Shown: positions 51,260 to 63,800, counted from the first letter of the stretch. The stretch is 64,000 bases of DNA from Eledone cirrhosa (GCA_964016885.1 OZ024766.1:18166001-18230000), one strand, 5' to 3'. The notes: generated by a model from the sequence alone, not told the origin. Translations and numbers: made by a program.

Positions 51260-51295
<36 letters not shown>
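50011..51295. repeat. Nested palindrome (~1.28 kb, centre ~50640); each arm contains its own ~380-bp fold-back
   Basis: 50140-50610 is the reverse complement of 50680-51152; inner centres at ~50330 and ~50960. Confidence 0.9.
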
Positions 51296-51300
<5 letters not shown>

Positions 51301-51307
51301 CATATAT

Positions 51308-51430
51308 GCTACGCAGGACCAGGGGGGACCGATATCCCCGTGTCAAAATCAATACGAGACCTGGGCATAGACATGAGCGATGATGCATCTTTTTCCTCAC
51401 ACATCATGAAAATGGCGACAATGTGCCGAC
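51308..51430 (+). mobile_element. LINE reverse-transcriptase fragment
   Basis: [22 protein letters not shown] matches the 'RDLG.......F..HI' motif of CR1/L2/jockey-group RTs. Confidence 0.6.
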
Positions 51431-51927
51431 ATACACACACTATATATACAGGCACATAGGTGTATATACTATATATAGGTATACGTTGCTGATGATAGCT
51501 GATAAGCTTGAAACTAGTACAGCGTTCCTTTGTCAGTGTTGAACAAACGAGCAACGATGGTTGCTTGACACTACGGTTTAATACGGGATGTTTGTTTTTT
51601 TACAAACACACCGAGCATTATAATAAATGTTCGGTGAATCCATACGTACATATATATATGTGTGCATGTATGTATATATATATATATACATACATACTGC
51701 TGTACGTCTGTATACATATATGTATGTACACGTACATACTTATATATATATATATGTGTGCATGTATGTATATATATATATACATACTACTGTACGTCTG
51801 TATACATATATGTATGTACGTATACATACTTATATTTAACTAACAGCCATACTAAGAGTGGGAAATGAAATTTCGTTTCATTTTTTCTGTTTATATATAT
51901 ATGTATATATATATATATATATATATA

Positions 51928-52787
51928 CAGGGTGCGGACGATATTTGTTCGCAATTTTCAACTGCTAATTTGATGCAAATTATTTTTACTTCTGTTGTCA
52001 CTCTTGTCTTCATAAAAACAGTGACTATATTTCCATTATTTATCTTAAGAATAATTAATTATGAATAATTTTGAACCCCCAAATTTGTGGAAGAGACACA
52101 GAGTTCTTCTTGGAATCCGTGCCGGGAGGACAAATAAGAACCAGAAGATCAACTCCCAGAACAACAGGTGGCTCGCTGTCTCATCCAAAGACGTGCCCAG
52201 AGTCATGCAGACAAAGTTTCCAGCGACAACATTGGTCTTAGGTGTCGTCAGCAGTCAAGGTGACGTCATGCCACCTCACTTCTTCCCTGAGGGCCTCAAG
52301 TTGAACACCGATGGCTACATCCACGTTCTGAGCGAGGTAGTAAAGCCCTGGATCGACCAGGTAGCTGCAGGTAGGTGGTACGTGTGGCAGCAAGACTCAA
52401 CGCCCTGCCATACCAGCTGAAAGACCCGAGCCTGGCTGTCAGAGAACTTCGTCGACCACACTTCACCTGACATCTGGCCTCCCAGCTCGCCTGACTGTAA
52501 CCCCCTCGCCTTCTTTGTGTGGGGCGCTGGGTAACGAGACACCAACAGATCCAGCTGCAATACGAAAGACGATCTGAAGGCCAGGATCACAAGTGCCTTT
52601 AGGGGCCTAAGTCGAGGGACAATGACGAAGGCCGTCATCAAAGCCAATGGCGCGTTTATCGAGTGAGATCGAAAGAACAAGTCATGAAGACAAACTGACC
52701 CAAGTTTGATAAATATATCTTAAAAAATAAAACTACTGTGTTACTTTTTCTTAGACAGTTATCTTGCGAACAAATATCGTCCGCACC

Positions 52788-52790
<3 letters not shown>
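51928..52790 (+). mobile_element. Internally deleted Tc1/mariner element, DD37D (maT/Bmmar1-like), with pseudogenised transposase
   Basis: Perfect 27-bp TIRs cagggtgcggacgatatttgttcgcaa within (TA)n; WQQDSTPCHTS*...WPPSSPDCNPLAFFVW with 37 residues between the 2nd D and the (mutated) 3rd D position. Confidence 0.9.
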
Positions 52791-52834
<44 letters not shown>

Positions 52835-53169
52835 CAAAATATATTTTGAAATATAACAACAACAGCCAAACCAAGAAAAGAAAAAAATTAGGTTTTTTTT
52901 TTATTATATATTTAAATTTTTTATTTTTTTTCATTTTTTTTTTCAATATCAATAAATTTATTTCCTTCAAAATCAATGAATACAATTTCTTCGAAATCAA
53001 TAATTTAAATCTTAAGATGTTACCACAAATGGTGCCCTCAAGATATGGTGTAGCTCTATCTCATAACCCTAGAGCTGGGTTTGGTAAGGCCTCGTTTCAA
53101 GGAAACTTGTTAACCTTATATGGTTCGAGGAAGATTTTAATATAAAGAGGGTCCCTTTTAACAGTGTAC

Positions 53170-54460
53170 CTCTCAGTTCCATAAACCCTTTTAAAATGGT
53201 GTCTCTTTGATACATAAACCCTTTAAAATTGTATCTCTCGATTACATAAAACCTTTAAAATTGTATCTTTGTTATATAAACCCTTTAAAATGGGGGGTAT
53301 TGGTTACATAAACCCATTAAAATGTTGTGTGTGTTACACAAACCTATTAAAAGTGTCTCTTTTTTATATGAGCCCATTAAAATAGGGTACACCCTGGTTG
53401 CATAAACCCATTAAAATTGTATGTGTTTGTTATATAAGCCATTTAAAATGGTGTCTTCTTTGCACAAGCCCATTAAAATTGCTTTTCTTTGGTTATATAA
53501 CCCAATTAAAGTTGTGTTCGATGGTTATACACACCAATTAAAAGTGTATATTCGTCGTGCAAACCCATTAAAACCAGATGTTTTGGTTGCACAAACCCAT
53601 TAAAATTGTGTGTGCCTCTTTGTTGCACAAACCCATTAAAATTGTGTGTTCATCTCTGTTGCATAAACTCATTAAAATTGTGTATATCTTTGTTACATAA
53701 ACCCTTCAAAATGCATGGTTTTCTTTCAGGAACCCTTTAGAATGGCTTGTTTTCTTTCATGAACCCTTTCATAGAACCAGAGCTGGTTTTGCTGGGTTGG
53801 TCTTTTAAAATTGTCTGTCTGTGTTACATAAACCCTTTAAAATGGCTGGTTTCATTTCGGAAACCCTTTAAAATTGTGTGGTGTTGTTTCATAGAACCAG
53901 AGCTGGTTTTGGCTGGGTTGGTCCCAAAATGGGTTTCAAAAGAAATCCTTTAAAATAATCTGTGTTACGTAAATCCCTTAAAATGGATGGTTTTCTTTTA
54001 TGAACCCTTTCATAGAACCAGAACTGGTTTTGGCTGGGTTGAGCCTTAAAAATTATGTATATCTTCAATACATAAATCCTTTAAAAGGGCTAATTTTGCT
54101 ACACAGAACCCTTTAAAAGGGTGTAGTTTTGTTTCATAGAACCAGAGCAGTTTTGGGGTGGGTGGGTTGGTGCCAAAATGGGTTTAAATAGCAGTCCTTT
54201 AAAATAGTGTCTCTGCTTCGTAACCCTTTAAAATAGCTTGTTTCATTTCATAAACCCTTTCATAGAACCAGAGCAGGTTTGGGTGGGTTGATGCCAAAAT
54301 GGGTTTAAAAAGATATCCTTTAAAATAGTCTATGTCACATAAATCCTGAACTGTTTGAAATGGTGTCTCTTTGTTAAATAAACCTTTTAAAATGGCTTCT
54401 TTTCTTTCATAAACCGTTTCATAGAACCAGAACTGGTTTTGACTGGGTTTGTGTCAAAAA
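53170..54460. repeat. Old degenerate minisatellite (cataaaccc(t/a)ttaaaa) with catagaaccagagc sub-repeats
   Basis: Direct inspection. Confidence 0.8.
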
Positions 54461-54505
54461 GTTTAACATATTTCTTGGAAGATTGGTTTTCATATAAAAT
54501 TACAT

Positions 54506-55021
54506 TGGAAACGATATCCCACCTTGTCTAAAATCTATGGCAAACTCCCTCGAGCCTCTGCCCTTCTAAAATCCCGGAGAGCTCAATTTGCTGGCCACTG
54601 TCACCGTGCCAGCAATGAAATCATATCCGCTCTCTTGCTCTGGAACCCTGACTCTGAGAGGAGATTGGATGGCACATATACCCGCCTCTTAATGAGAGTG
54701 CAAAACCTATCCTGGAAACGACATCCCACCTTGTCTAAAATCTATGGCAAACTCCCTCGAGCCTCTGCCCTTCTAAAATCCCGGAGAGCTCAATTTGCTG
54801 GCCACTGTCACCGTGCCAGCAATGAAATCATATCCGCTCTCTTGTTCTGGAACCCTGACTCCAGCCTGACTAGGAGTAGGAAGCTGTCATTCCCTGACGT
54901 TATCTCTAGGGATACGGGAATCAGCAGACAGAACCTGGGGGCAGCGATGGGGGACAGGGGATTCTGGGGCATGAGGGTGAGATCCGTCATCTCGACAGTA
55001 GTCGACGAGTGATGATGATGA
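54506..55021 (+). mobile_element. RTE-like LINE 3' fragment with an internal duplication
   Basis: ERRLDGTYTRLLMRVQNLSWKRHPT...RRAQFAGHCHRA...W; (tga)n tail. Confidence 0.85.
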
Positions 55022-55039
55022 CATTGGAAGATTTTAATA

Positions 55040-55156
55040 TACTTGTTTCTAATTTTGGCACAAAGCCAGCAATTACCACAGTACATTACTGGTACTTTAT
55101 TTTATCGACCCCGTAAGGATGAAAGGCAAAGTTAACCTCGGCGGGATTTTGAACTC
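55040..55156 (-). mobile_element. SINE family B, 5'-truncated at the B box
   Basis: Reverse complement of 49578-49690. Confidence 0.8.
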
Positions 55157-57369
55157 GTTTCCAACAGTTCATAACTTCAAAACTATGAACTCGTTTCCAA
55201 CAGTTCATAACTTCAAAACTATGAACTCGTTTCCAACAGTTCATAACTTCAAAGCTTTGAACTCGTTTCCAACAGTTCATAACTTCAAAGTTAGGAACTC
55301 GTTTCCAACAGTTCATAACTTCAAAGTTGTGAACTCCTTTCTAACAGTTCATAACTTCAAAGCTATGAACTCGTTTCCAACAGTTCATAACTTCAAAGCT
55401 ATGAACTCGTTTCCAACAGTTCATAACTTCAAAGTTGTGAACTCCTTTCTAACAGTTCATAACTTCAAAGCTATGAACTCGTTTCCAACAGTTCATAACT
55501 TCAAAGCTATGAACTCGTTTCCAACAGTTCATAACTTCAAAGCTATGAACTCGTTTCCAACAGTTCATAACTTCAAAGTTATGAACTCGTTTCCAACAGT
55601 TCATAACTTCAAAGTTGTGAACTCGTTTCCAACAGTTCATAACTTCAAAGTTATGAACTCGTTTCCAACAGTTCATAACTTCAAAGTTGTGAACTCCTTT
55701 CCAACAGTTCATAACTTCAAAGTTATGAACTCGTTTCCAACAGTTCATAACTTCAAAGTTGTGAACTCCTTTCCAACAGTTCATAACTTCAAAGTTATGA
55801 ACTCGTTTCCAACAGTTCATAACTTCAAAGTTATGAACTCGTTTCCAACAGTTCATAACTTCAAAGTTGTGAACTCCTTTCCAACAGTTCATAACTTCAA
55901 AGTTATGAACTCGTTTCCAACAGTTCATAACTTCAAAGTTATGAACTCGTTTCCAACAGTTCATAACTTCAAAGCTATGAACTCGTTTCCAACAGTTCAT
56001 AACTTCAAAGTTATGAACTCCTTTCCAACAGTTCATAACTTCAAAGCTATGAACTCCTTTCCAACAGTTCATAACTTCAAAGTTATGAACTCGTTTCCAA
56101 CAGTTCATAACTTCAAAGCTATGAACTCGTTTCCAACAGTTCACAACTTCAAAGTTATGAACTCGTTTCCAACAGTTCATAACTTCAAAGCTATGAACTC
56201 GTTTCCAACAGTTCATAACTTCAAAGTTATGAACTCCTTTCCAACAGTTCATAACTTCAAAGCTATGAACTCGTTTCCAACAGTTCATAACTTCAAAGTT
56301 ATGAACTCCTTTCCAACAGTTCATAACTTCAAAGCTATGAACTCGTTTCCAACAGTTCATAACTTCAAAGTTATGAATTCTTTTCCAACAGTTCATAACT
56401 TCAAAGTTATGAACTCCTTTCCAACAGTTCATAACTTCAAAGTTATGAACTCGTTTCCAACAGTTCATAACTTCAAAGCTATGAACTCGTTTCCAACAGT
56501 TCATAACTTCAAAGTTGTGAACTCGTTTCCAACAGTTCATAACTTCAAAGCTATGAACTCGTTTCCAACAGTTCATAACTTCAAAGTTGTGAACTCCTTT
56601 CCAACAGTTCATAACTTCAAAGCTATGAACTCGTTTCCAACAGTTCATAACTTCAAAGTTGTGAACTCCTTTCCAACAGTTCATAACTTCAAAGCTATGA
56701 ACTCGTTTCCAACAGTTCATAACTTCAAAGTTGTGAACTCCTTTCCAACAGTTCATAACTTCAAAGCTATGAACTCGTTTCCAACAGTTCATAACTTCAA
56801 AGTTGTGAACTCCTTTCCAACAGTTCATAACTTCAAAGCTATGAACTCGTTTCCAACAGTTCATAACTTCAAAGTTATGAACTCCTTTCCAACAGTTCAT
56901 AACTTTAAAGCTATGAACTCGTTTCCAACAGTTCATAACTTCAAAGCTATGAACTCGTTTCCAACAGTTCATAACTTCAAAGTTATGAACTCGTTTCCAA
57001 CAGTTCATAACTTCAAAGTTGTGAACTCCTTTCCAACAGTTCATAACTTCAAAGCTATGAACTCGTTTCCAACAGTTCATAACTTCAAAGTTATGAACTC
57101 CTTTCCAACAGTTCATAACTTCAAAGCTATGAACTCGTTTCCAACAGTTCATAACTTCAAAGTTATGAACTCGTTTCCAACAGTTCTTAACTTCAAAGTT
57201 ATGAACTCCTTTCCAACAGTTCATAACTTCAAAGCTATGAACTCCTTTCCAACAGTTCATAACTTCAAAGCTATGAACTCGTTTCCAACAGTTCATAACT
57301 TCAAAGCTATGAACTCGTTTCCAACAGTTCATAACTTCAAAGTTATGAACTCGTTTCCAACAGTTCATA
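55150..57369. repeat. 36-bp minisatellite, ~61 copies (atgaactcgtttccaacagttcataacttcaaagct)
   Basis: Direct inspection. Confidence 0.98.
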
Positions 57370-57509
57370 GCTAGATGGCGTTACCGGTTTATTGATGTGA
57401 TGTTTGTCAATCATTCAGATATTTGTTGGTAATAAATTTTTTTTTTTTTAAATAGACATTTTACTGGGGGAAAAAACCCCCCCAGCAAATATCAGGTGAT
57501 GCTCATGGC

Positions 57510-58450
57510 AAGAACGCTTAACTATTACAGAATCTCAGCCATATTATTGCCTGCTCCTTCACAAGAGCACTTGACTATTACAGAATCGCTTAGCCACGTT
57601 ATCATTCAGATGCTCATTGATAAGAGCGCTTGACTATTACAGAATCTCAGCCTCGCCTTCTTCCAGATGCTCCTTCACAAGAGCGCTTGACTATTACAGA
57701 ATCTCAGCCTCGCCTTCTTCCAGATGCTCCTTCACAAGAGCGCTTGACTATTACAGAATCTCAGCCTCGCCTTCTTCCAGATGCTCCTTCACAAGAGCGC
57801 TTGACTATTACAGAATCTCAGCCTCGCCTTCTCCCAGATGCTCCTTCACAAGAGCGCTTGACTATTACAGAATCTCAGCCTCGCCTTCTTCCAGATGCTC
57901 CTTCACAAGAGCGCTTGACTATTACAGAATCTCAGCCTCGCCTTCTTCCAGATGCTCCTTCACAAGAGCGCTTGACTATTACAGAATCTCAGCCTCGCCT
58001 TCTTCCAGATGCTCCTTCACAAGAGCGCTTGACTATTACAAAATCTCAGCCTCGCCTTCTCCCAGATGCTCCTTCACAAGAGCGCTTGACTATTACAAAA
58101 TCTCAACCACGTTATCGCCTTCTCCTTTATAAGAGCGCTTAACTATTACAGAATCTCAGCCTCGCCATCATCTAGATGTTCATTCACAAGAGCACTTAAC
58201 TATTACAGAATCTCAGCCTCGCCATCATCTAGATGTTCATTCACAAGAGCACTTAACTATTACAGAATCTCTCAGCCACGTTATCGCCTGCTCCTTCATA
58301 AGAGTGCTTAACTATTACAGAATCTCAGCCTCGCCATCATCTAGATGCTCATTCACAAGAGCACTTAACTATTACAGAATCTCAGCCTCGCCATCATCTA
58401 GATGCTCATTCACAAGAGCACTTAACTATTACAGAATCTCAGCCTCGCCG
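57510..58450. repeat. 57-bp tandem repeat, ~16 copies, just downstream of the THEG-like stop codon
   Basis: caagagcgcttgactattacagaatctcagcctcgcc recurs. Confidence 0.95.
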
Positions 58451-58481
58451 TCACCCATGACCAGGGTTGAGGTCACCCCCG

Positions 58482-60050
58482 TCAGCAGTGTCTCTTCGGT
58501 TGGAGGCGAGGCTGCGCGAGCACTTGCAGCCTTTTCGAGGCCACGACCCTCTGGGTGCTAAACTTCAGAGGGGGGGGTTCGTTGTAGGCCGTAGCGAGGG
58601 CCAGTCGGTTCCGTGTCGCCCTCGCGTATTCGACCTTCCACCCCGGGGGCTGACACAGCTCGAGGATGCGCTGGGTAGGCATCGCCTTGAGAACGGCACT
58701 GCTGAGGGCCTGCCCCAGAATTCGGTTCATCTCAAAACCCTTGGGGACGGGCCGAGATAGCGCCAGGGTTTTCGTACGAGGGAAAGCCATTTGGAAATAG
58801 AAGCTGCTCCTCCGAAAGTCTGTGGCTCCCTTTTTGCGGGGCCGCGCTACGCGCTGACGCGGCGCCGGGTCCAGGTTCACTTTGCGGGTCACTTTCCTGG
58901 GCAAGGGGGTCGCAAGCTCGACGATGCGCGGCGAGGCGTTAGCGTTGCGCGCCGAGCGCATCCGCACCAGCTCCAACGAGCGGCGGTTCAGCAGATAGTC
59001 GGGATGGAGTTGCTTCGGAGCGGCCAGGCGCTGCAGCCTCGCGCTGCACTTGGCGCGCAGGGCCGCGGGGCTGACGACGCCAATCGGGTTCACGTGTGTG
59101 TTGGAGAAGAGGTGCTTCGGTGTGGCGAGCCACTCGAGGCGGGTGCTGCATTTCGCCCTCAGGGCCGCCCGGCTCACAGGAACGGCGGCCATGTTTTGGA
59201 AAAGCATCGCATTGCCCGGGAGTCTGGGCAACGCGAGCCTTCGCAGCCGAGCGGTGCAGGAGGCGCTGAAAGCCGCACGTTCCACCGTCAACGTGGGCGC
59301 ACATCTCAACGCCGCCATCCTCCTGTTGTCGCCGAGCGGCGGCGGAGGCTGCCCGTAAGACGAGAGCGCGGCGCCGCTCGAGTGTGGCGTAAATCTCCCC
59401 CCCTCCACCTTGCCGTCACGCCTGGGCCCGAAGCCAGCCGCGGTCCCAGTCCTAATCCTAGTCACAGCCGCAGGCGCCGCCGTCGCCTTCTTGCCACCAA
59501 CAGAGACACCGTACCTGTTCTGCCCCTTTTGCGCCACTGCACCCACACCCGTTGCGCCATTCTTCTTCGCACCCTTGCTGCGTACCCCCAACGGTGGCGC
59601 ATTTTTAACCGCATCGTTGTTTAACGGGACCAGAGATGTGTCAGTGTGCAACAGAGGCACGTGTTCGTTTGCGCCACCTCTACCCGACGGCAGAAAAGGT
59701 CTACCTTTACTGAACACCTTTTCCTCCTCCGCCTTCTCCTCCTCGGTGCCCTCCAATCCCAGCAACGACACATCAGTGTAGACGGAGATCTCGTTAATGC
59801 AGCTGTCGCTCAGCGTCGTGAATGAAGCATCCGTGCACAGCATAATATCGTCCGTGCAGCTGTCGCTGAGCGCCATGAAAGACGCATCCGTGAAGGATAT
59901 ATCCAAGTACAGCGACGCGCCGCTTACGCTGCTACCCGACGCCGACGCAAACACACCTGCAGATGGATACATTGCACCTGCAACATGTCTGGTGCATTTG
60001 CCTGCATCAGTTCGTCCGTCATCAAACTGTTGTTTGGGTTTCTTTCGCAT
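58482..60050 (-). CDS. Intronless THEG-repeat (testicular haploid expressed gene / sperm microtubule-associated) protein, 522 aa
   Basis: Long GC/CpG-rich ORF with recurring THEG-type motifs: CTARLRRLALPR, CSTRLEWLATPK, CSARLQRLAAPK, ASPRIVELATP, PTQRILELCQP, ASKRLQVLAQPR. Confidence 0.8.
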   Translation of the reverse strand: MRKKPKQQFDDGRTDAGKCTRHVAGAMYPSAGVFASASGSSVSGASLYLDISFTDASFMALSDSCTDDIMLCTDASFTTLSDSCINEISVYTDVSLLGLEGTEEEKAEEEKVFSKGRPFLPSGRGGANEHVPLLHTDTSLVPLNNDAVKNAPPLGVRSKGAKKNGATGVGAVAQKGQNRYGVSVGGKKATAAPAAVTRIRTGTAAGFGPRRDGKVEGGRFTPHSSGAALSSYGQPPPPLGDNRRMAALRCAPTLTVERAAFSASCTARLRRLALPRLPGNAMLFQNMAAVPVSRAALRAKCSTRLEWLATPKHLFSNTHVNPIGVVSPAALRAKCSARLQRLAAPKQLHPDYLLNRRSLELVRMRSARNANASPRIVELATPLPRKVTRKVNLDPAPRQRVARPRKKGATDFRRSSFYFQMAFPRTKTLALSRPVPKGFEMNRILGQALSSAVLKAMPTQRILELCQPPGWKVEYARATRNRLALATAYNEPPPLKFSTQRVVASKRLQVLAQPRLQPKRHC

Positions 60051-60256
60051 ATCTCCCTATATTTCTACCCCCTTTGCTCTTTACATCTATATTATACGCA
60101 CCTGGGTTGTTAGCAGCTGCAAGCTGTTGCCCATATTTGGTATTCACCACACCTTTATTTTTAGTTTTAGTTATTACTGGCGCACCAGCTGCCCAAAGTT
60201 CCCCACTTTCTGGGGCAGTGAGATTTATGTCTACGTTCCTCCTGACATTTTCCATA

Positions 60257-60865
60257 AACGCAAAGTTTTTCTGTCAACTCAATGATGAAAATATTTGTCA
60301 ATTTGCTGTTGGCTTCTATCAAAGATATGTCTTCCTGTGTAACTGATGATAAAAGATTTACACAACACAACTCACTGCTTTAAACTGGGGTTGACGAAAC
60401 CAGTCGAACGCAAAGTTTTTCTGTCAACTCAATGATGAAAATATTTGTCAATTTGCTGTTGGCTTCTATCAAAGATATGTCCTCCTGTGTCACTGATGAT
60501 AAAAGATTTACACAGCACAACTCACTGCTTTAAACTGGGGTTGACGAAACCAGTCGAACGCAAAGTTTTTCTGTCAACTCAATGATGAAAATATTTGTCA
60601 ATTTGCTGTTGGCTTCTATCAAAGATATGTCCTGTGTAACTGATGATAAAAGATTTACACAGCAAAACTCACTGCTTTAAACTGGGGTTGACGAAACCAA
60701 ACAAACTGAATGTTAGCTTCTATCAAAGAGATGACCTGTCTCACTGATGGTGAAAAATGAGACAGCACAGTTCACTGTTGCAGACAGAGGTTGACGAAAC
60801 CAGTCGAATGAACTGACTGTTAGCTTCTATCAAAGATATGTCCTCAGGTCTCGCTGATGGTGGAA
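60257..60865. repeat. ~150-bp tandem repeat (3 good plus ~1.5 degenerate copies) with CTGATGA and GACGAAACCAGTC motifs
   Basis: aacgcaaagtttttctgtcaactc at 60257, 60407 and 60557. Confidence 0.9.
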
Positions 60866-62429
60866 GATCACAAAACTGTGTTTGTCTCAAGTGAAGAATT
60901 GTAGAAAGTTTTTCTGCGTGATTCTCTCCCTGTACCAGCTAACAATAACAACACCGAAGACAACCCAGATAGATAAAAAAAACTGTGGATATTCCAACGT
61001 ATGTTTTAAATTTTCCAATGTAGATTTTTCCCAGAATTGAGGGAGGACTTCACAGAGATGAAGATGTTTTAATATCTAAGTCCTGTTTGTTTTCCTTTCC
61101 ATAAAAGCAAAGTTTTCCTGTTGAATGAAACCCTCAAGGAAAGTCACACAGTCAATGATTTAAACAGTCGATGGGTTTCTATTGGTCTCTGTCCCCTGTC
61201 CTGGCTGACAATACTATGACAATAATTATGACAGTAACACCTGAGGATGTACAACATAAACCAACACAACCTTTCTTGGTAATAGAAAAACAAATAGGCA
61301 GATATTTGAGTATATGGGCGTATGTTTAAAATTTTCCTAAAATTTGCATAGATTTTTTCCTGTTTAGGGGCTACAGAGATAAGGGGTTCTTAATATCTAA
61401 TATCTACCTCCTTTCGTTTGTATTTTTCTCCATAAAAGCAAAGTTTGTTGTCCAATGAGATCATCAATAAAAGTTAAAGGTGTTTATCAATGTAGAAATA
61501 AAGGTGGTCAAAAGAATTCTTGTATATATTCCCTTCTCTGAGTCTTATTTTCCATAAACACAAAGTCTTGCTGTCGATGAAAATATGTGTTGATTACCCC
61601 TTTTTATCAAAGTCTCGGGCTGTAGTAATAATGTAAGGACCCCACACAGAATAGCTTTATCTCGCTGTGTTTAAGGAATTTGTAGGATTTTAATATTTTA
61701 GTATTTAACGTGTTCAAGTTTAATTTACTGGAAGTATAAAGTTTCGCTGCAGATTAAAGCAGTTGTTGTGTTATTGGAGCAACACTGGTTTACGCCAGGA
61801 TCCTGCCTATGGAGAACTGCAATAAGACTCAAATACTTCGGGCTTCCTTTAATAACAGGCAAGATCTTGCAAATTTTAATTTGGGAAAAAAAGGGGGATA
61901 AATAGTTATGTTTCTGTTTAGTTTTCTGTACAGAGATTAAGTTTGTTTTTAATCTGTTTGTGAGGTCTAACTCCCTTCTTTACCATAAATGGGAGTTTCG
62001 CTGTCAACGATAAAGCAGTGGTTATTAGGGTTACTGTTGGTTTCTACTAGGGTGCAGGCTGTTTTATATAACTTTGACAAACAACAACAATAAAGCCCCT
62101 TGACTGGTTTTGGTCGGTTTTGTAAAAATTAATCTGTAGGTGAGATAGTTTTATGGTCTAACTCCCTTTTTCTTCTGGTTTACTTTACCATAAACGGGAA
62201 TTTCGCTGTCAACAAAAAATAGTGGTTGGGGTTACGGCTACTGTCGGTTTCCACCAGGGTGCAGGCTGTTTTATTGTTTTATAACTTTAGCAAAGAACAA
62301 TAAAACCCCTTCACTGGTTTTGGTTGGTTTAGTAACAATCAAAGACTCACAACCTCTTCAACTCTATTCACCATTCAACAGAACCTGGTTTCCTTAGAAG
62401 GGCTAAAGGTAAAGTGGTGGGTTATTATT

Positions 62430-62980
62430 TGTGCAGTTTTTTGGAGCAGTTTAAGTTCAGCTTTGGCCCAGTTTTAATGCAGTTTTTAGTCAAACGTTGG
62501 TGCAGTTTTAGTGCAATGTTGATGCAGTTTTAGTCCAGTTTTAATGCAGATTTTTTGAGCAGTTTAAGTTCAACTTCAGTGCAATTTTAGTGCGGTGTTG
62601 GTGCAGTTTTTCATGTACTCTTTATGCAGATTTTAAATGTAGTTTTTGGTGAAGGTTTTATGAAGTTTTTGTGTGTGTGTGTGGGGGTGAAATTTCAATG
62701 AAGCTTTGATGTAGTTTTTTATGTAGTTTTTGATGCAGTTCTGTTGTGTGATTTAATGCAGTTTTGATGCAGTTTTTTAAAATGTAGTTTTAATGTAGCC
62801 TTGATGCAGTTTTTATATAAATTTTGGTGCAGTTTGTGATGTGATTTTGATGTAACAGTGATGCTGTTTTTAATGCAGTTTTTATATAGAGTTGATGTAG
62901 GTTTTGGTGCAGTTTTCAATGCAGTTTTTACGCAGTTTTTATATAGATTTGATGTATGTTTTGATGCAGTTTTTTGGTGT
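62430..62980. repeat. Degenerate (tgatgcagtttt)n satellite
   Basis: Direct inspection. Confidence 0.8.
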
Positions 62981-63109
62981 TGTGGTTAAGAAACAATAAA
63001 GATGCTGTTTTCAGGAGCACTTACTATTCAGCAGCTGCAATGCTTGTTTTGCACTAATGACTTGAGGGCACTTGACAGCACTTGAGGGCACTTGGCTTTC
63101 GTTTGTAGG

Positions 63110-63800
63110 GACCACAGATCTGGGAGGCTCACAGTTTTTCTTCTGGTATCACAGATTTGGTGGGATCACAGATTTGTAGGGCTCACAGATTTGCAGGGAT
63201 CACAGGGTTTTCTGGAGGGATCACAGGGTTTTGAAGCCTTCAAGTTTTTCTTCTGGTATCACAGATTTTGTGGGATCACAGATTTGTAGGGCTCATAGAT
63301 TTGCAGGGATCACAGGGTTTTCTGGAGGGATCACAGATCTGGGAGGCTCACAGTTTTTCTTCTGGTATCACAGATTTGGTGGGATCACAGATTTGTAGGG
63401 CTCATAGATTTGCAGGGATCACAGATCTGGGAGGCTCACAGTTTTTCTTCTGGTATCACAGATTTGGTGGGATCACAGATTTGTAGGGCTCACAGATTTG
63501 CAGGGATCACAGGGTTTTCTGGAGGGATCACAGATCTGGGAGGCTCACAGTCTTTCTTCTGGTATCACAGATTTGTAGGGCTCACAAGGTTTTCTGGGGG
63601 GATCACAGATCTGGGAGGCTCACAGTCTTTCTTCTGGTATCACAGATTTGGTGGGATCACAGATTTGTAGGGCTCACAGGGTTTTCCGGAGGGATCACAG
63701 ATCTGGGAGGCTCACAGTCTTTCTTCTGGTATCACAGATTTGTAGGGATCACAGGTCTGCAGAGATCACAGATTTTGCGGGATCACAGGGTTTTCTGCTG
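63110..63800. repeat. Modular ~17-20-bp satellite (ggatcacagatttg variants)
   Basis: Direct inspection. Confidence 0.9.

Noticed and set aside
55119-57374. 751-aa ORF (MNSFPTVHNFK)n
   Set aside because: 36-bp satellite open on both strands; its start lies in an antisense SINE.
58791-59781. Plus-strand ORFs overlapping the THEG-like gene
   Set aside because: Antisense shadows of a GC-rich coding sequence.
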